Positions 23,601 to 37,260 are shown, counted from the stretch's first letter. The stretch: 64,000 nucleotides of DNA from Eledone cirrhosa (GCA_964016885.1 OZ024742.1:199144001-199208000), one strand, 5' to 3'. Numbers and translations are program-made. The notes: generated from the letters alone by a model not told the origin.

Positions 23601-26600
23601 TGTGTTGGTGTGGGGAGTGTGTGTTGGTGTGGAGAGTGTGTGTTGGTGTGGGGATTGTGTGTTGAGGTGGAGAGTGTGTGTTGGTGTGGGGAGTGTGTGC
23701 TGGGATGGAGAGTGTGTGTTGATGTGGAGAGTGTGTGTTGTTGTGGGGAGTGCGTTGGTGTGGAGAATGTGTGTTGGTGTGGAGAGTGTGTGTTGGTGTG
23801 GGGATTGTGTGTTAGTGTGGGGAGTGTGTGTTGGCGTGGGGAGTGCGTGTTGGTGTGGGGAGTGTGTGTGGGGGGGTGCCGGTGTGGAGAGTGTGTTTTG
23901 ATGTGGAGAGTGTGTGTTGGTGTGGGGATTGTGTGTTGGGGTGGAGAGTGTGTGTTGGAGTGGAGAATGTGTGTTGGGGTGGCGAGTGTGTGTTAGAGTG
24001 GGGACTGTGATTGTGTGTTGGGGTGGGGAGTGTGTGTTGGTGTGGAGAGTGCGTGTTGGGTAGGGAGCATGAGTTGGGGTGGGGATTGTGTGTTGGTGTG
24101 GGGAGTGTGTGTTGTGTGGGGAGTGTGTGTTGGTGTGGAGAGTGTGTTATCTGGAGAATGTGTGTTGGTGTGGAAAGTGAATGGTGGGGTGTATGAGTGT
24201 GTTGGTGTGGGGAGTGTGTGTTGGTGTGGAGAGTGTGTGTTGGGGTGGTGAGTGTGTGTTTGTGTGGGAATGTGTGTTGGGGTGGAGAGTGTGTGTTGGT
24301 GTTGAGAGTGTGTGCTGGTGTGGAGAGTGTCTGTTGGGGAGGAGAGCTTGTGTTGGGGTGGGGAGTGTGAGTTGGGGTGGGGAGTGTGTGTTGGGTGCAG
24401 AGTGTGTGTTGGTGTGGGGAGTGTGTGTTGGTGTGGAGAGTGTCTGTTGGGGTGGAGAGTGTGTGTTCGTGTGGAGAGTGTGTGTTGGTGTGGAGAGTGT
24501 GTGTTGGGGTGGAGAGTGTGTGTTGATGTGGAGAGTGTGTGTTGGTGTGGGGAGTGTGTGTTTGTGTGGAGAGTGTGTGTTGGTGTGGAGAGTGTGTGTT
24601 GGTGTGGCGATTGTGTGTTGGGGTGGAGAGTGTGTGTTGGGGTGGAGAGTGTGTGTTGGTGTGGAGAGTGTGTGTTGGTGTGGGGAGTGTGAGTTGGTGT
24701 GGGTTTGGGGAGTGTGTGTTGTGGTGGAGAGTGTGGGGTGTGTGTGCCGGTGTGGAGAGTGTGTGCTGGTATGGAGAGTGTGTGTTGGTGTGGCGATTGT
24801 GTGTTGGGGTGGAGAGTGAGTGTTGGTGTCGAGAGTGTGTGTTGGGGTGGAGAGTGTGTGTTGATGTGGAGAGTGTGTGTTGGTGTGGGGAGTGTGTGTT
24901 TGTGTGGAGAGTGTGTGTTGGTGTGGATAGTGTGTGTTGGGGTGGAGAGTGTGTGTTGGTGTGGAGAGTGTGTGTTGGTGTGGAGAGTGTGTGTTGGGGT
25001 GGAGAGTGTGTGTTGATGTGGAGAGTGTGTGTTGGTGTGGGGAGTGTGTGTTGGGGTGGAGAGTGTGGGGTGTGTGTGGAGAGTGTGTGTTGATGTGGAG
25101 AGTGTGTGTTGGTGTGGGGAGTGTGTGTTGGGGTTGAGAGTGTGTGTTGGTGTGGAGAGTGTGTGTTGGTGTGGAGAGTGTGTATTGGTGTGGAGAGTGT
25201 GTGTTGATGTGGAGAGTGTGTTGGTGTGGGGAGTGTGTGTTAGTGTGGAGATTGTGTGTTGGTGTGGGGAGTGTATGTTGGTGTGGGGATTGCGTGTTGA
25301 GGTGGAGAGTGTGTGCTGGTGTGGGGAGTGCGTGTTGGTGTGGGGATTGTGTGTTAGTGTGGGGTGTGCGTGTTGGTGTGGGGAGTGTGTGTGTGGGGGG
25401 TGCCGGTGTGGAGAGTGTGTGTTGATGTGGAGAGTGTGTGTTGAGTGGGGATTGTGTGTTGAGGTGGAGAGTGTGTGTTGGAGTGGAGAATGTGTGTTGG
25501 GGTGGGGAGTGTGTGTTGGTGTGGAGAGTGTGTGTTGGCTAGGGAGCATGAGTTGGGGTGGGGATTGTGAGTTGGGGTGGGGTGTGTGTGTTTGTGAGGA
25601 GAGTGTGTGTTGGTGTGGGGAGTGTGTGTCGTGTGGGGAGTGTGTGTTGGTGTGGAGAGTGTGTGTTGGGGTGGAGAGTGTGTGTTGAGCTGGAGAATGT
25701 GTGTTGGTGTGGGGAGTGTGTGTTGGTGTGGAGAGTGTGTGTTGGTGTGGGGATTGTGTGTTGAGGTGGAGAGTGTGTGTTGGTGTGGGGAGTGTGTGCT
25801 GGGCTGGAGAATGTGTGTTGATGTGGAGAGTGTGTGTTGTTGTGGGGAGTGCGTTGGTGTGGAGAATGTGTGTTGGTGTGGAGAGTGTGTGTTGGTGTGG
25901 CGAGTGTGTGTTGGGGTGGAGAGTGTGTGTTGGGGTGGAGAGTGTGTGTTGGTGTGGAGAGTGTGTGTTGGTGTGGGGAGTGGGAGTGTGTGTGGGTTTG
26001 GGGAGTGTGTTTTGTGGTGGAGAGTGTGGGGTGTGTGTGCCGGTGTAGAGAGTGTGTGTTGATGTGGAGAGTGTGTGTTGGTGTGGGGAGTGTGCGTTGG
26101 GCTGGAGAGTGTGGGGTGTGTGTGCCGGTGTGGAGAGTGTGTGTTGATGTGGAGAGTGTCTGTTGGTGTGGGGATTGTGTGTTGGGGTAGAGAGTGTGGG
26201 GTGTGTGTGCCGGTGTGGAGAGTGTGTGTTGATGTGGAGAGTGTGTTGGTGTGGGGAGTGTGTGTTGGTGTGGGGATTGTGTGTTGGTGTGGGGAGTGTA
26301 TGTTGGTGTGGGGAGTGTGTGTTGGTGTGGGGATTGTGTGTTGAGGTGGAGAGTGTGCGCTGGTGTGGGGAGTGCGTGTTGGTGTGGGGATCGTGTGTTA
26401 GTGTGGGGAGTGTGTGTTGGCGTGGGGAGTGCATGTTGGTGTGGGGAGTGTGTGTGGGGGGGGGGGGGGGGCGGTGTGGAGAGTGTGTGTTGATGTGGAG
26501 AGTGTGTGTTGAGTGGGGATTGTGTGTTAGGGTGGAGTGTGTGTGTTGGAGTGGAGAATGTGTGTTGGGGTGGCAAGTGTGTGTTAGAGTGGGGACTGTG

Positions 26601-29600
26601 ATTGTGTGTTGGGGTGGGGAGTGTGTGTTGGTGTGGAGAGTGTGTGTTCGCTAGGGAGCATGAGTTGGGGTGGGGATTGTGAGTTGGGGTGTGTGTGTTT
26701 GTGAGGAGAGTGTGTGTTGGTGTGGGGAGTGTGTGTTGGTGTGGAGAGTGTGTGTTGGGGTGGAGAGTGTGTGTTGAGCTGGAGAATGTGTGTTGGTGTG
26801 GGGAGTGTGTGTTGGTGTGGAGAGTGTGTGTTGGTGTGGGGAGTGTGTGCTGGGCTGGAGAGTGTGTGTTGATGTGGAGAGTGTGTGTTGTTGTGGGGAG
26901 TGCGTTGGTGTGGAGAATGTGTGTTGGTGTGGAGAGTGTGTGTTGGTGTGGGGATTGTGTGTTAGTGTGGGGAGTGTGTGTTGGCGTGGGGAGTGCGTGT
27001 TGGTGTGGGGAGTGTGTGTGGGGGGGTGCCGGTGTGGAGAGTGTGTTTTGATGTGGAGAGTGTGTGTTGGTGTGGGGATTGTGTGTTGGGGTGGAGAGTG
27101 TGTGTTGGAGTGGAGAATGTGTGTTGGGGTGGCGAGTGTGTGTTAGAGTGGGGACTGTGATTGTGTGTTGGGGTGGGGAGTGTGTGTTGGTGTGGAGAGT
27201 GCGTGTTGGGTAGGGAGCATGAGTTGGGGTGGGGATTGTGTGTTGGTGTGGGGAGTGTGTGTTGTGTGGGGAGTGTGTGTTGGTGTGGAGAGTGTTATCT
27301 GGAGAATGTGTGTTGGTGTGGAAAGTGAATGTTGGGGTGTATGAGTGTGTTGGTGTGGGGAGTGTGTGTTGGTGTGGGGAGTGTGTGTTGGGGTGGTGAG
27401 TTTGTGTTTGTGTGGGAATGTGTGTTGGGGTGGAGAGTGTGTGTTGGTGTGGGGAATGTGTGTTGGTGTGGAGAGTGTGTGTTAGAGTCGGGAATGTGAG
27501 TTGGGGTGGAGAGTGTGTGTTGGGGTGGATAGTGTGTGTTGCTGTTGAGAGTGTGTGTTGGTGTGGGGAGTGTGAGTTGGTGTGAAGAGTGTGTGTTGCT
27601 GTGGGGAGTATGTGTTGATGTGGAGAGTGTGTGTTGGTGTGGGGAGTGTGTGTTGGTGTGGAGAGTGTGTGTTGATGTGGAGAGTGTGTGTTGGTGTGGA
27701 GAGTGTGTGTTGATGTGGAGAGTGTGTGTTCGTGTGGGGAGTGTGTGTTGGGGTGGAGAGTGTGTGTTGATGTGGAGAGTGTGTGTTGGTGTGGGGAGTG
27801 TCTGTTGTTTTGGAGAGTGTGTGTTGATGTGGAGAGTGTGTGTTGGTGTGGAGAGTGTGTGTTGGTGTGGAGAGTGTGTGTTGATGTGGAGAGTGTGTGT
27901 TGGTGTGGGGAGTGTGTGTTGATGTGGAGAGTGTGTGTTGGTGTGGGGAGTGTGTGTTGGTGTGGAGAGTGTGTGTTGATGTGGAGAATGTGTGTTGGTG
28001 TGTGGAGTGTGTGTTGGTATGGAGAGTGTGTGTTGGAGAATGGGTGTGGGTGTGGGGACTGTGTGTTGGGGTGGGTTGTGTGGGTAGTCTGTGTTGGTGT
28101 GGGGAGTGTGTGTTGGGCTGGAGAGTGTGTGTTTATGTGGAGAGTGTGTGTTGGTGTGTGGAGTGTGTTGATGTGGAGAGTGTGTTGGTGTGGAGAGTGT
28201 GTGTTGGTGTGGGAAGTGTGTGTTGGGGTGGAGAGTGTGTGTTGGGGTGGAGAGTGTGTGTTGGTGTGGGGAGTGTGTGTTGGTGTGGAGAATGTGTGTT
28301 GGGGTGGAGAGTGTGTGTTGGTGTGGAGAGTGTGTGTTGGGGAGTGTGGAGTTGGGTGGAGAGTGTGAGTTGGGGTGGGGAGTGTGTGTAGGTGTGGGGA
28401 GTGTGAGTATGGGTGGGGAGGGTGAGTGGGGTTATGAGTGTGTGTTGTGGTGGAGAGTGTGTGTTGGTGTGCAGAGTGTGTGTTGGGTTGTGTGGAGTGG
28501 GGTGGAGAGTGTGAGTTGGGGTGGGGAGTGTGTGTTGGGGTGGAGAGTGTGTGTTGGTGTGGAGAGTGTGTGTTGGCCTAGGGAGTGGGAGTGTGTGTTG
28601 GTGTGGGGAGAGTGTGTTGGTGTGGAGAGTGTGTGTTGGTGTGGCGAGTGTGTGTTGGGGTGGAGAGTGTGTGTTGGGGTGGAGAGTGTGTGTTGGTGTG
28701 AAGAGTGTGTGTTGGTGTGGGGAGTGTGAGTTGGTGTGGGTTTGGGGAGTGTGTGTTGTGGTGGAGAGTGTGGGGTGTGTGTGCCGGTGTGGAGAGTGTG
28801 TGCTGGTATGGAGAGTGTGTGTTTGTGGATAGTGTGTGTTGGGGTGGAGAGTGTGTGTTGGTGTGGAGAGTGTGTGTTGGTGTGGAGAGTGTGTGTTGGG
28901 GTGGAGAGTGTGTGTTGATGTGGAGAGTGTGTCTTGGAGTGGGGAGTGTGTGTTGGGGTGGAGAGTGTGGGGTGTGTGTGGAGAGTGTGTTTTGATGTGG
29001 AGAGTGTGTGTTGGTGTGGGGATTGTGTGTTTGGGTGGAGAGTGTGGGGAGTGTGTGCCGGTGTGGAGAGTGTGTGTTGGAGTGGAGAGTGTGTGTTGGT
29101 GTGGAGAGTGTGTGTTGGTGTGGCGAGTGTGTGTTGGGGTGGAGAGTTTGTGTTGGGGTGGAGAGTGTGTGTTGGTGTGGAGAGTGTGTGTTGGTGTGGG
29201 GAGTGGGAGTGTGTGTTGGTGTGGAGAGTGTGTGTTGGTGTGGGGAGTGTGAGTTGGTGTGGGTTTGGGGAGTGTGTGTTGTGGTGGAGAGTGTGGGGTG
29301 TGTGTGCCGGTGTGGAGAGTGTGTGTTGGTGTGGGGAGTGTATGTTGGTGTGGGGATTGTGTGTTGAGGTGGGGTGTGTGTGTTTGTGAGGAGAGTGTGT
29401 GTTGGTGTGGGCAGTGTGTGTTGTGTGGGGAGAGTGTGTGTTGGGGTGGAGAGTGTGTGTTGAGCTGGAGAATGTGTGTTGGTGTGGGGAGTGTGTGTTG
29501 GTGTGGAGAGTGTGTGTTGGTGTGGGGATTGTGTGTTGAGGTGGAGAGTGTGTGTTGGTGTGGGGAGTGTGTGCTGGGCTGGAGAATGTGTGTTGATGTG

Positions 29601-32600
29601 GAGAGTGTGTGTTGTTGTGGGGAGTGCGTTGGTGTGGAGAATGTGTGTTGGTGTGGCGAGTGTGTGTTGGGGTGGAGAGTGTGTGTTGGGGTGGAGAGTG
29701 TGTGTTGGTGTGGAGAGTGTGTGTTGGTGTGGGGATTGTGTGTTGAGGTGGAGAGTGTGTGTTGGTGTGGGGAGTGCGTTGGTGTGGAGAATGTGTGTTG
29801 GTGTGGAGAGTGTGTGTTGGTGTGGCGAGTGTGTGTTGGGGTGGAGAGTGTGTGTTGGGGTGGAGAGTGTGTGTTGGTGTGGAGAGTGTGTGTTGGTGTG
29901 GGGAGTGGGAGTGTGTGTGGGTTTGGGGAGTGTGTTTTGTGGTGGAGAGTGTGGGGTGTGTGTGCCGGTGTGGAGAGTGTGTGTTGTTGTGGGGAGTGCG
30001 TTGGTGTGGAGAATGTGTGTTGGTGTGGAGAGTGTGTGTTGGTGTGGCGAGTGTGTGTTGGGGTGGAGAGTGTGTGTTGGGGTGGAGAGTGTGTGTTGGT
30101 GTGGAGAGTGTGTGTTGGTGTGGGGAGTCGGAGTGTGTGTGGGTTTGGGGAGTGTGTTTTGTGGTGGAGAGTGTGGGGTGTGTGTGCCGGTGTGGAGAGT
30201 GTGTGTTGATGTGGAGAGTGTGTGTTGGGCTGGAGAGTGTGGGGTGTGTGTGCCAGTGTGGAGAGTGTGTGTTGATGTGGAGAGTGTGTAGGTGTGGGGA
30301 GTGTGTGTTGGTGTGGGGATTGTGTGTTGGTGTGGGGAGTGTATGTTGGTGTGGGGAGTGTGTGTTGGTGTGGGGATTGTGTGTTGAGGTGGAGAGTGTG
30401 CGCTGGTGTGGGGAGTGCGTGTTGGTGTGGGGATTGTGTGTTAGTGTGGGGAGTGTGTGTTGGCGTGGGGAGTGCGTGTTGGTGTGGGGAGTGTGTGTGT
30501 GGGGGGGTGCCGGTGTGGAGAGTGTGTGTTGAGTGGGGATTGTGTGTTAGGGTGGAGAGTGTGTGTTGGAGTGGAGAATGTGTGTTGGGGTGGCAAGTGT
30601 GTGTTAGAGTGGGGACTGTGATTGTGTGTTGGGGTGGGGAGTGTGTGTTGGTGTGGAGAGTGTGTGTTGGTTAGGGAGCATGAGTTGGGGTGGGGATTGT
30701 GAGTTGGGGTGGGGTGTGTGTGTTTGTGAGGAGAGTGTGTGTTGGTGTGGGGAGTGTGTGTTGGTGTGGAGAGTGTGTGTTGGGGTGGAGAGTGTGTGTT
30801 GAGCTGGAGAATGTGTGTTGGTGTGGGGAGTGTGTGTTGGTGTGGAGAGTGTGTGTTGGTGTGGGGATTGTGTGTTGAGGTGGAGAGTGTGTGTTGGTGT
30901 GGGGAGTGTGTTGGTGTGGAGAATGTGTGTTGGTGTGGAGAGTGTGTGTTGGTGTGGGGATTGTGTGTTAGTGTGGGGAGTGTGTGTTGGCGTGGGGAGT
31001 GCGTGTTGGTGTGGGGAGTGTGTGTGGGGGGGTGCCGGTGTGGAGAGTGTGTTTTGATGTGGAGAGTGTGTGTTGGTGTGGGGATTGTGTGTTGGGGTGG
31101 AGAGTGTGTGTTGGAGTGGAGTATCTGTGTTGGGGTGGCGAGTGTGTGTTAGAGTGGGGACTGTGATTGTGTGTTGGGGTGGGGAGTGTGTGTTGGTGTG
31201 GAGAGTGCGTGTTGGGTAGGGAGCATGAGTTGGGGTGGGGATTGTGTGTTGTGTGGGGAGTGTGTGTTGGTGTGGAGAGTGTGTTATCTGGAGAATGTGT
31301 GTTGGTGTGGAAAGTGAATGGTGGGGTGTATGAGTGTGTTGCTGTGGGGAGTGTGTGTTGGTGTGGAGAGTGTGTGTTGGGGTGGTGAGTGTGTGTTTGT
31401 GTGGGAATGTGTGTTGGGGTGGAGAGTGTGTGTTGGTGTTGAGAGTGTGTGCTGGTGTGGAGAGTGTCTGTTGGGGAGGAGAGCTTGTGTTGGGGTGGGG
31501 AGTGTGAGTTGGGGTGGGGAGTGTGTGTTGGGTGCAGAGTGTGTGTTGGTGTTGGGTGCAGAGTGTGTGTTGGTGTGGGGAGTGTGTGTTGGTGTGGAGA
31601 GTGTCTGTTGGGGTGGAGAGTGTGTGTTCGTGTGGAGAGTGTGTGTTGGTGTGGAGAGTGTGTGTTGGGGTGGAGAGTGTGTGTTGATGTGGAGAGTGTG
31701 TGTTGGTGTGGGGAGTGTGTGTTTGTGTGGAGAGTGTGTGTTGGTGTGGAGAGTGTGTGTTGGTGTGGCGATTGTGTGTTGGGGTGGAGAGTGTGTGTTG
31801 GGGTGGAGAGTGTGTGTTGGTGTGGAGAGTGTGTGTTGGTGTGGGGAGTGTGAGTTGGTGTGGGTTTGGGGAGTGTGTGTTGTGGTGGAGAGTATGGGGT
31901 GTGTGTGCCGGTGTGGAGAGTGTGTGCTGGTATGGAGAGTGTGTGTTGGTGTGGCGACTGTGTGTTGGGGTGGAGAGTGAGTGTTGGTGTCGAGAGTGTG
32001 TGTTGGGGTGGAGAGTGTGTGTTGATGTGGAGAGTGTGTGTTGGTGTGGGGAGTGTGTGTTTGTGTGGAGAGTGTGTGTTGGTGTGGATAGTGTGTGTTG
32101 GGGTGGAGAGTGTGTTGGCGTGGAGAGTGTGTGTTGGTGTGGAGAGTGTGTGTTGGGGTGGAGAGTGTGTGTTGATGTGGAGAGTGTGTGTTGGTGTGGG
32201 GAGTGTGTGTTGGGGTGGAGAGTGTGGGGTGTGTGTGGAGAGTGTGTGTTGATGTGGAGAGTGTGTGTTGGTGTGGGGAGTGTGTGTTGGGGTTGAGAGT
32301 GTGTGTTGGTGTGGAGAGTGTGTGTTGGTGTGGAGAGTGTGTATTGGTGTGGAGAGTGTGTGTTGATGTGGAGAGTGTGTTGGTGTGGGGAGCGTGTGTT
32401 GGTGTGGAGATTGTGTGTTGGTGTGGGGAGTGTATGTTGGTGTGGGGATTGCGTGTTGAGGTGGAGAGTGTGTGCTGGTGTGGGGAGTGCGTGTTGGTGT
32501 GGGGATTGTGTGTTAGTGTGGGGTGTGCGTGTTGGTGTGGGGAGTGTGTGTGTGGGGGGTGCCGGTGTGGAGAGTGTGTGTTGATGTGGAGAGTGTGTGT

Positions 32601-35600
32601 TGAGTGGGGATTGTGTGTTGGGGTGGAGAGTGTGTGTTGGAGTGGAGAATGTGTGTTGGGGTGGGGAGTGTGTGTTGGTGTGGAGAGTGTGTGTTGGCTA
32701 GGGAGCATGAGTTGGGGTGGGGATTGTGAGTTGGGGTGGGGTGTGTGTGTTTGTGAGGAGAGTGTGTGTTGGTGTGGGGAGTGTGTGTCGTGTGGGGAGT
32801 GTGTGTTGGTGTGGAGAGTGTGTGTTGGGGTGGAGAGTGTGTGTTGAGCTGGAGAATGTGTGTTGGTGTGGGGAGTGTGTGTTGGTGTGGAGAGTGTGTG
32901 TTGGTGTGGGGATTGTGTGTTGAGGTGGAGAGTGTGTGTTGGTGTGGGGAGTGTGTGCTGGGCTGGAGAATGTGTGTTGATGTGGAGAGTGTGTGTTGTT
33001 GTGGGGAGTGCGTTGGTGTGGAGAATGTGTGTTGGTGTGGAGAGTGTGTGTTGGTGTGGCGAGTGTGTGTTGGGGTGGAGAGTGTGTGTTGGGGTGGAGT
33101 GTGTGTGTTGGTGTGGAGAGTGTGTGTTGGTGTGGGGAGTGGGAGTGTGTGTGGGTTTGGGGAGTGTGTTTTGTGGTGGAGAGTGTGGGGTGTGTGTGCC
33201 GGTGTAGAGAGTGTGTGTTGATGTGGAGAGTGTGTGTTGGTGTGGGGATTGTGTGTTGGGGTCGAGAGTGTGGGGTGTGTGTGCCGGTGTGGAGAGTGTG
33301 TGTTGATGTGGAGAGTGTGTTGGTGTGGGGAGTGTGTGTTGGTGTGGGGATTGTGTGTTGGTGTGGGGAGTGTATGTTGGTGTGGGGAGTGTGTGTTGGT
33401 GTGGGGATTGTGTGTTGAGGTGGAGAGTGTGCGCTGGTGTGGGGAGTGCGTGTTGGTGTGGGGATCGTGTGTTAGTGTGGGGAGTGTGTGTTGGCGTGGG
33501 GAGTGCATGTTGGTGTGGGGAGTGTGTGTGTGGGGGGGGTGCCGGTGTGGAGAGTGTGTGTTGATGTGGAGAGTGTGTGTTGAGTGGGGATTGTGTGTTA
33601 GGGTGGAGTGTGTGTGTTGGAGTGGAGAATGTGTGTTAGAGTGGCGAGTGTGTGTTAGAGTGGGGACTGTGATTGTGTGTTGGGGTGGGGAGTGTGTGTT
33701 GGTGTGGAGAGTGTGTGTTCGCTAGGGAGCATGAGTTGGGGTGGGGATTGTGAGTTGGGGTGTGTGTGTTTGTGAGGAGAGTGTGTGTTGGTGTGGGGAG
33801 TGTGTGTTGGTGTGGAGAGTGTGTGTTGGGGTGGAGAGTGTGTGTTGAGCTGGAGAATGTGTGTTGGTGTGGGGAGTGTGTGTTGGTGTGGAGAGTGTGT
33901 GTTGGTGTGGGGAGTGTGTGCTGGGCTGGAGAGTGTGTGTTGATGTGGAGAGTGTGTGTTGTTGTGGGGAGTGCGTTGGTGTGGAGAATGTGTGTTGGTG
34001 TGGAGAGTGTGTGTTGGTGTGGGGATTGTGTGTTAGTGTGGGGAGTGTGTGTTGGCGTGGGGAGTGCGTGTTGGTGTGGGGAGTGTGTGTGGGGGGTGCC
34101 GGTGTGGAGAGTGTGTTTTGATGTGGAGAGTGTGTGTTGGTGTGGGGATTGTGTGTTGGGGTGGAGAGTGTGTGTTGGAGTGGAGAATGTGTGTTAGAGT
34201 GGCGAGTGTGTGTTAGAGTGGGGACTGTGATTGTGTGTTGGGGTGGGGAGTGTGTGTTGGTGTGGAGAGTGCGTGTTGGGTAGGGAGCATGAGTTGGGGT
34301 GGGGATTGTGTGTTGGTGTGGGGAGTGTGTGTTGTGTGGGGAGTGTGTGTTGGTGTGGAGAGTGTGTTATCTGGAGAATGTGTGTTGGTGTGGAAAGTGA
34401 ATGTTGGGGTGTATGAGTGTGTTGGTGTGGGGAGTGTGTGTTGGTGTGGGGAGTGTGTGTTGGGGTGGTGAGTTTGTGTTTGTGTGGGAATGTGTGTTGG
34501 GGTGGAGAGTGTGTGTTGGTGTGGGGAATGTGTGTTGGTGTGGAGAGTGTGTGTTAGAGTCGGGAATGTGAGTTGGGGTGGAGAGTGTGTGTTGGGGTGG
34601 ATAGTGTGTGTTGCTGTTGAGAGTGTGTGTTGGTGTGGGGAGTGTGAGTTGGTGTGAAGAGTGTGTGTTGCTGTGGGGAGTATGTGTTGATGTGGAGAGT
34701 GTGTGTTGGTGTGGGGAGTGTGTGTTGGTGTGGAGAGTGTGTGTTGATGTGGAGAGTGTGTGTTGGTGTGGAGAGTGTGTGTTGATGTGGAGAGTGTGTG
34801 TTCGTGTGGGGAGTGTGTGTTGGGGTGGAGAGTGTGTGTTGATGTGGAGAGTGTGTGTTGGTGTGGGGAGTGTCTGTTGGTGTGGAGAGTGTGTGTTGAT
34901 GTGGAGAGTGTGTGTTGGTGTGGGGAGTGTGTGTTGGTGTGGAGAGTGTGTGTTGATGTGGAGAGTGTGTGTTGGTGTGGGGAGTGTGTGTTGATGTGGA
35001 GAGTGTGTGTTGGTGTGGGGAGTGTGTGTTGGTGTGGAGAGTGTGTGTTGATGTGGAGAATGTGTGTTGGTGTGTGGAGTGTGTGTTGGTATGGAGAGTG
35101 TGTGTTGGAGAATGGGTGTGGGTGTGGGGACTGTGTGTTGGGGTGGGTTGTGTGGGTAGTCTGTGTTGGTGTGGGGAGTGTGTGTTGGGCTGGAGAGTGT
35201 GTGTTTATGTGGAGAGTGTGTGTTGGTGTGGGGAGTGTGTTGATGTGGAGAGTGTGTTGGTGTGGAGAGTGTGTGTTGGTGTGGGAAGTGTGTGTTGGGG
35301 TGGAGAGTGTGTGTTGGGGTGGAGAGTGTGTGTTGGTGTGGGGAGTGTGTGTTGGTGTGGAGAATGTGTGTTGGGGTGGAGAGTGTGTGTTTGTGTGGAG
35401 AGTGTGTGTTGGGGAGTGTGGAGTTGGGTGGAGAGTGTGAGTTGGGGTGGGGAGTGTGTGTAGGTGTGGGGAGTGTGAGTATGGGTGGGGAGGGTGAGTG
35501 GGGTTATGAGTGTGTGTTGTGGTGGAGAGTGTGTGTTGGTGTGCAGAGTGTGTGTTGGGTTGTGTGGAGTGGGGTGGAGAGTGTGAGTTGGGGTGGGGAG

Positions 35601-37260
35601 TGTGTGTAGGTGTGGGTAGTGTGAGTTTGGGTGGGGAGTGTGAGTTGGGGTGTAGAGTGTGAGTTGTGGTGTAGAGTGTGTGTTGTGGTGTAGAGTGTGT
35701 GTTGGTGTGGAGAGTGAGTGTTGGTGTGGGGCGTCTGTGTTGGGGTGGGGAGTGTGAGTTGGGGTGGAGAGTGTGTGTTGGTGTTGGGTGTGTGAGTTGG
35801 GGTGGGGAGTGTGTTTGTGTGGAGAGTGTGTGTTGGGGTGGGGAGTGTGTGTTGGTGTAGGGTGTGTGTGTTGGTGTGGAGAGTGTGTCTTGGTGTGGAG
35901 AGTGTGTCTTGGTGTGGAGAGTGTGTGTTAGTGTGGAGAGCGTGTGTTGGTGTGGAGAGTGTGTGTTGGTGTGGAGAGTGTATGTTGGGGTGGAGAGTGT
36001 GTGTTGGTGTGGAGAGTGTGTGTTGGGGTGGGGAGTGTGTGTTGGTGTGGTGAGTGTGTTGGTGCGGGAATTGTGTGTTGGTGTGGGGAGTGTGTGTTGG
36101 TGTGGGGAGTGTGTGTAGGTGTGGAGAGTGTGTGTTGATCTGGGGAGTGTGTTTTGGTGTGGGGAGTGTGTGTAGGTGTGGAGAGTGTGTGTTTGTGTGG
36201 AGAGTGTGTGTTTGTGTGGGGAGTGTGTTGGGTGGAGAGTGTGTGTTGGTGTGGAGAGTGTGTGTAGGTGTGGAGAGTGTGTGTTGGGGTGGAAAGTGTG
36301 TGTTTGTGTGGAGAGTGTGTGTTGGTGTGGGGAGTGTGTGTAGGTGTGGGGAGTGTGTGTAACTGTGGAGAGTGTGTGTTGGTGTGGAGAGTGTGTGTTG
36401 GTGTGGAGAGAGTGTGTTGTGGTGGAGAGTGTGTGTTTGTGTGGAGAGTGTGTGTTGGTGTGGGGAGTGTGTGTAGGTGTGGGGAGCGTGTGTTGGGGTG
36501 GAAAGTGTGTGTTTGTGTGGAGAGTGTGTGTTGGTGTGGGGAGTGTGTGTAGGTGTGGGGAGTGTGTGTAACTGTGGGGAGTGTGTGTTGGGGTGCAGAG
36601 TATGTGTTGGTGTGGAGAGAGTGTGTTGTGGTGGAGAGTGTGTGTTGGGTGGAGAGTGTGTGTTAGGGTGGGGAGTGTGTTTTGGAGTGGAGAGTGTGTG
36701 TTGGGCTGGAGAGTGTGTGTTGGGGTGGAGAGTGTGTGTTGGGCTGGAGAGTGTGTGTTGGGGTGGAGAGTGTGAGTTGGGGTGGAGAGTGTGTGTTGGT
36801 GAGGGGAGTGTGTGTAGGTGTGGGGAGTGTGTGTTGGGGTGGAGAGTGTGTTGGGGTAGGGAGTGTGTGTTGGGGTGGAGAGTGTCTGTTGGTGTGGGGA
36901 GTGTGTGTTGGTGTGGAGAGTGTGTGTTGGTGTGGAGAGTGTGTGTTGGTTTGGGGAGTGTGTGTTGGTGTGGAGAGTGTGTGTTGATGTGGAGAGTGTG
37001 TGTTGAACTTGAGAGTGTGTTGGGGTGGAGAATGTGTGTGTGTGTGGAGAATGTGTGTGTATCTGTTGCTCTTGAAAGTGTGTGTATGTTTGTATATGTT
37101 GTGGCGAGTGTGTGTATATGTACGTGTTGTTGTGGAGAGTGTGTGTTGGGGTGGAGAGTGTTTGTTGGTGTGGAGAGTGTGTGTTGGGGTGGGGAGTATG
37201 TGTTGGTGTGGAGAGTGTATGTATGTATTGCTGTGGAGTGTATGTCTGTGTTGGTATAGA
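5643..37260. repeat. ~31.6-kb minisatellite; 19-bp consensus GAGTGTGTGTTGGTGTGG(A/G); roughly 1,650 units with higher-order repeats
   Basis: Tandem unit visible directly; rare variant markers recur at offsets of 455, 1505, 1829, 1984, 2439, 7072 and ~8427 bp; sharp left edge, degenerate right edge. Confidence 0.98.

Noticed and set aside
5643-37260. Telomere or CRISPR array
   Set aside because: No TTAGGG tandem repeat, internal position with ordinary flanks, no unique spacers or cas genes, and a eukaryotic context.
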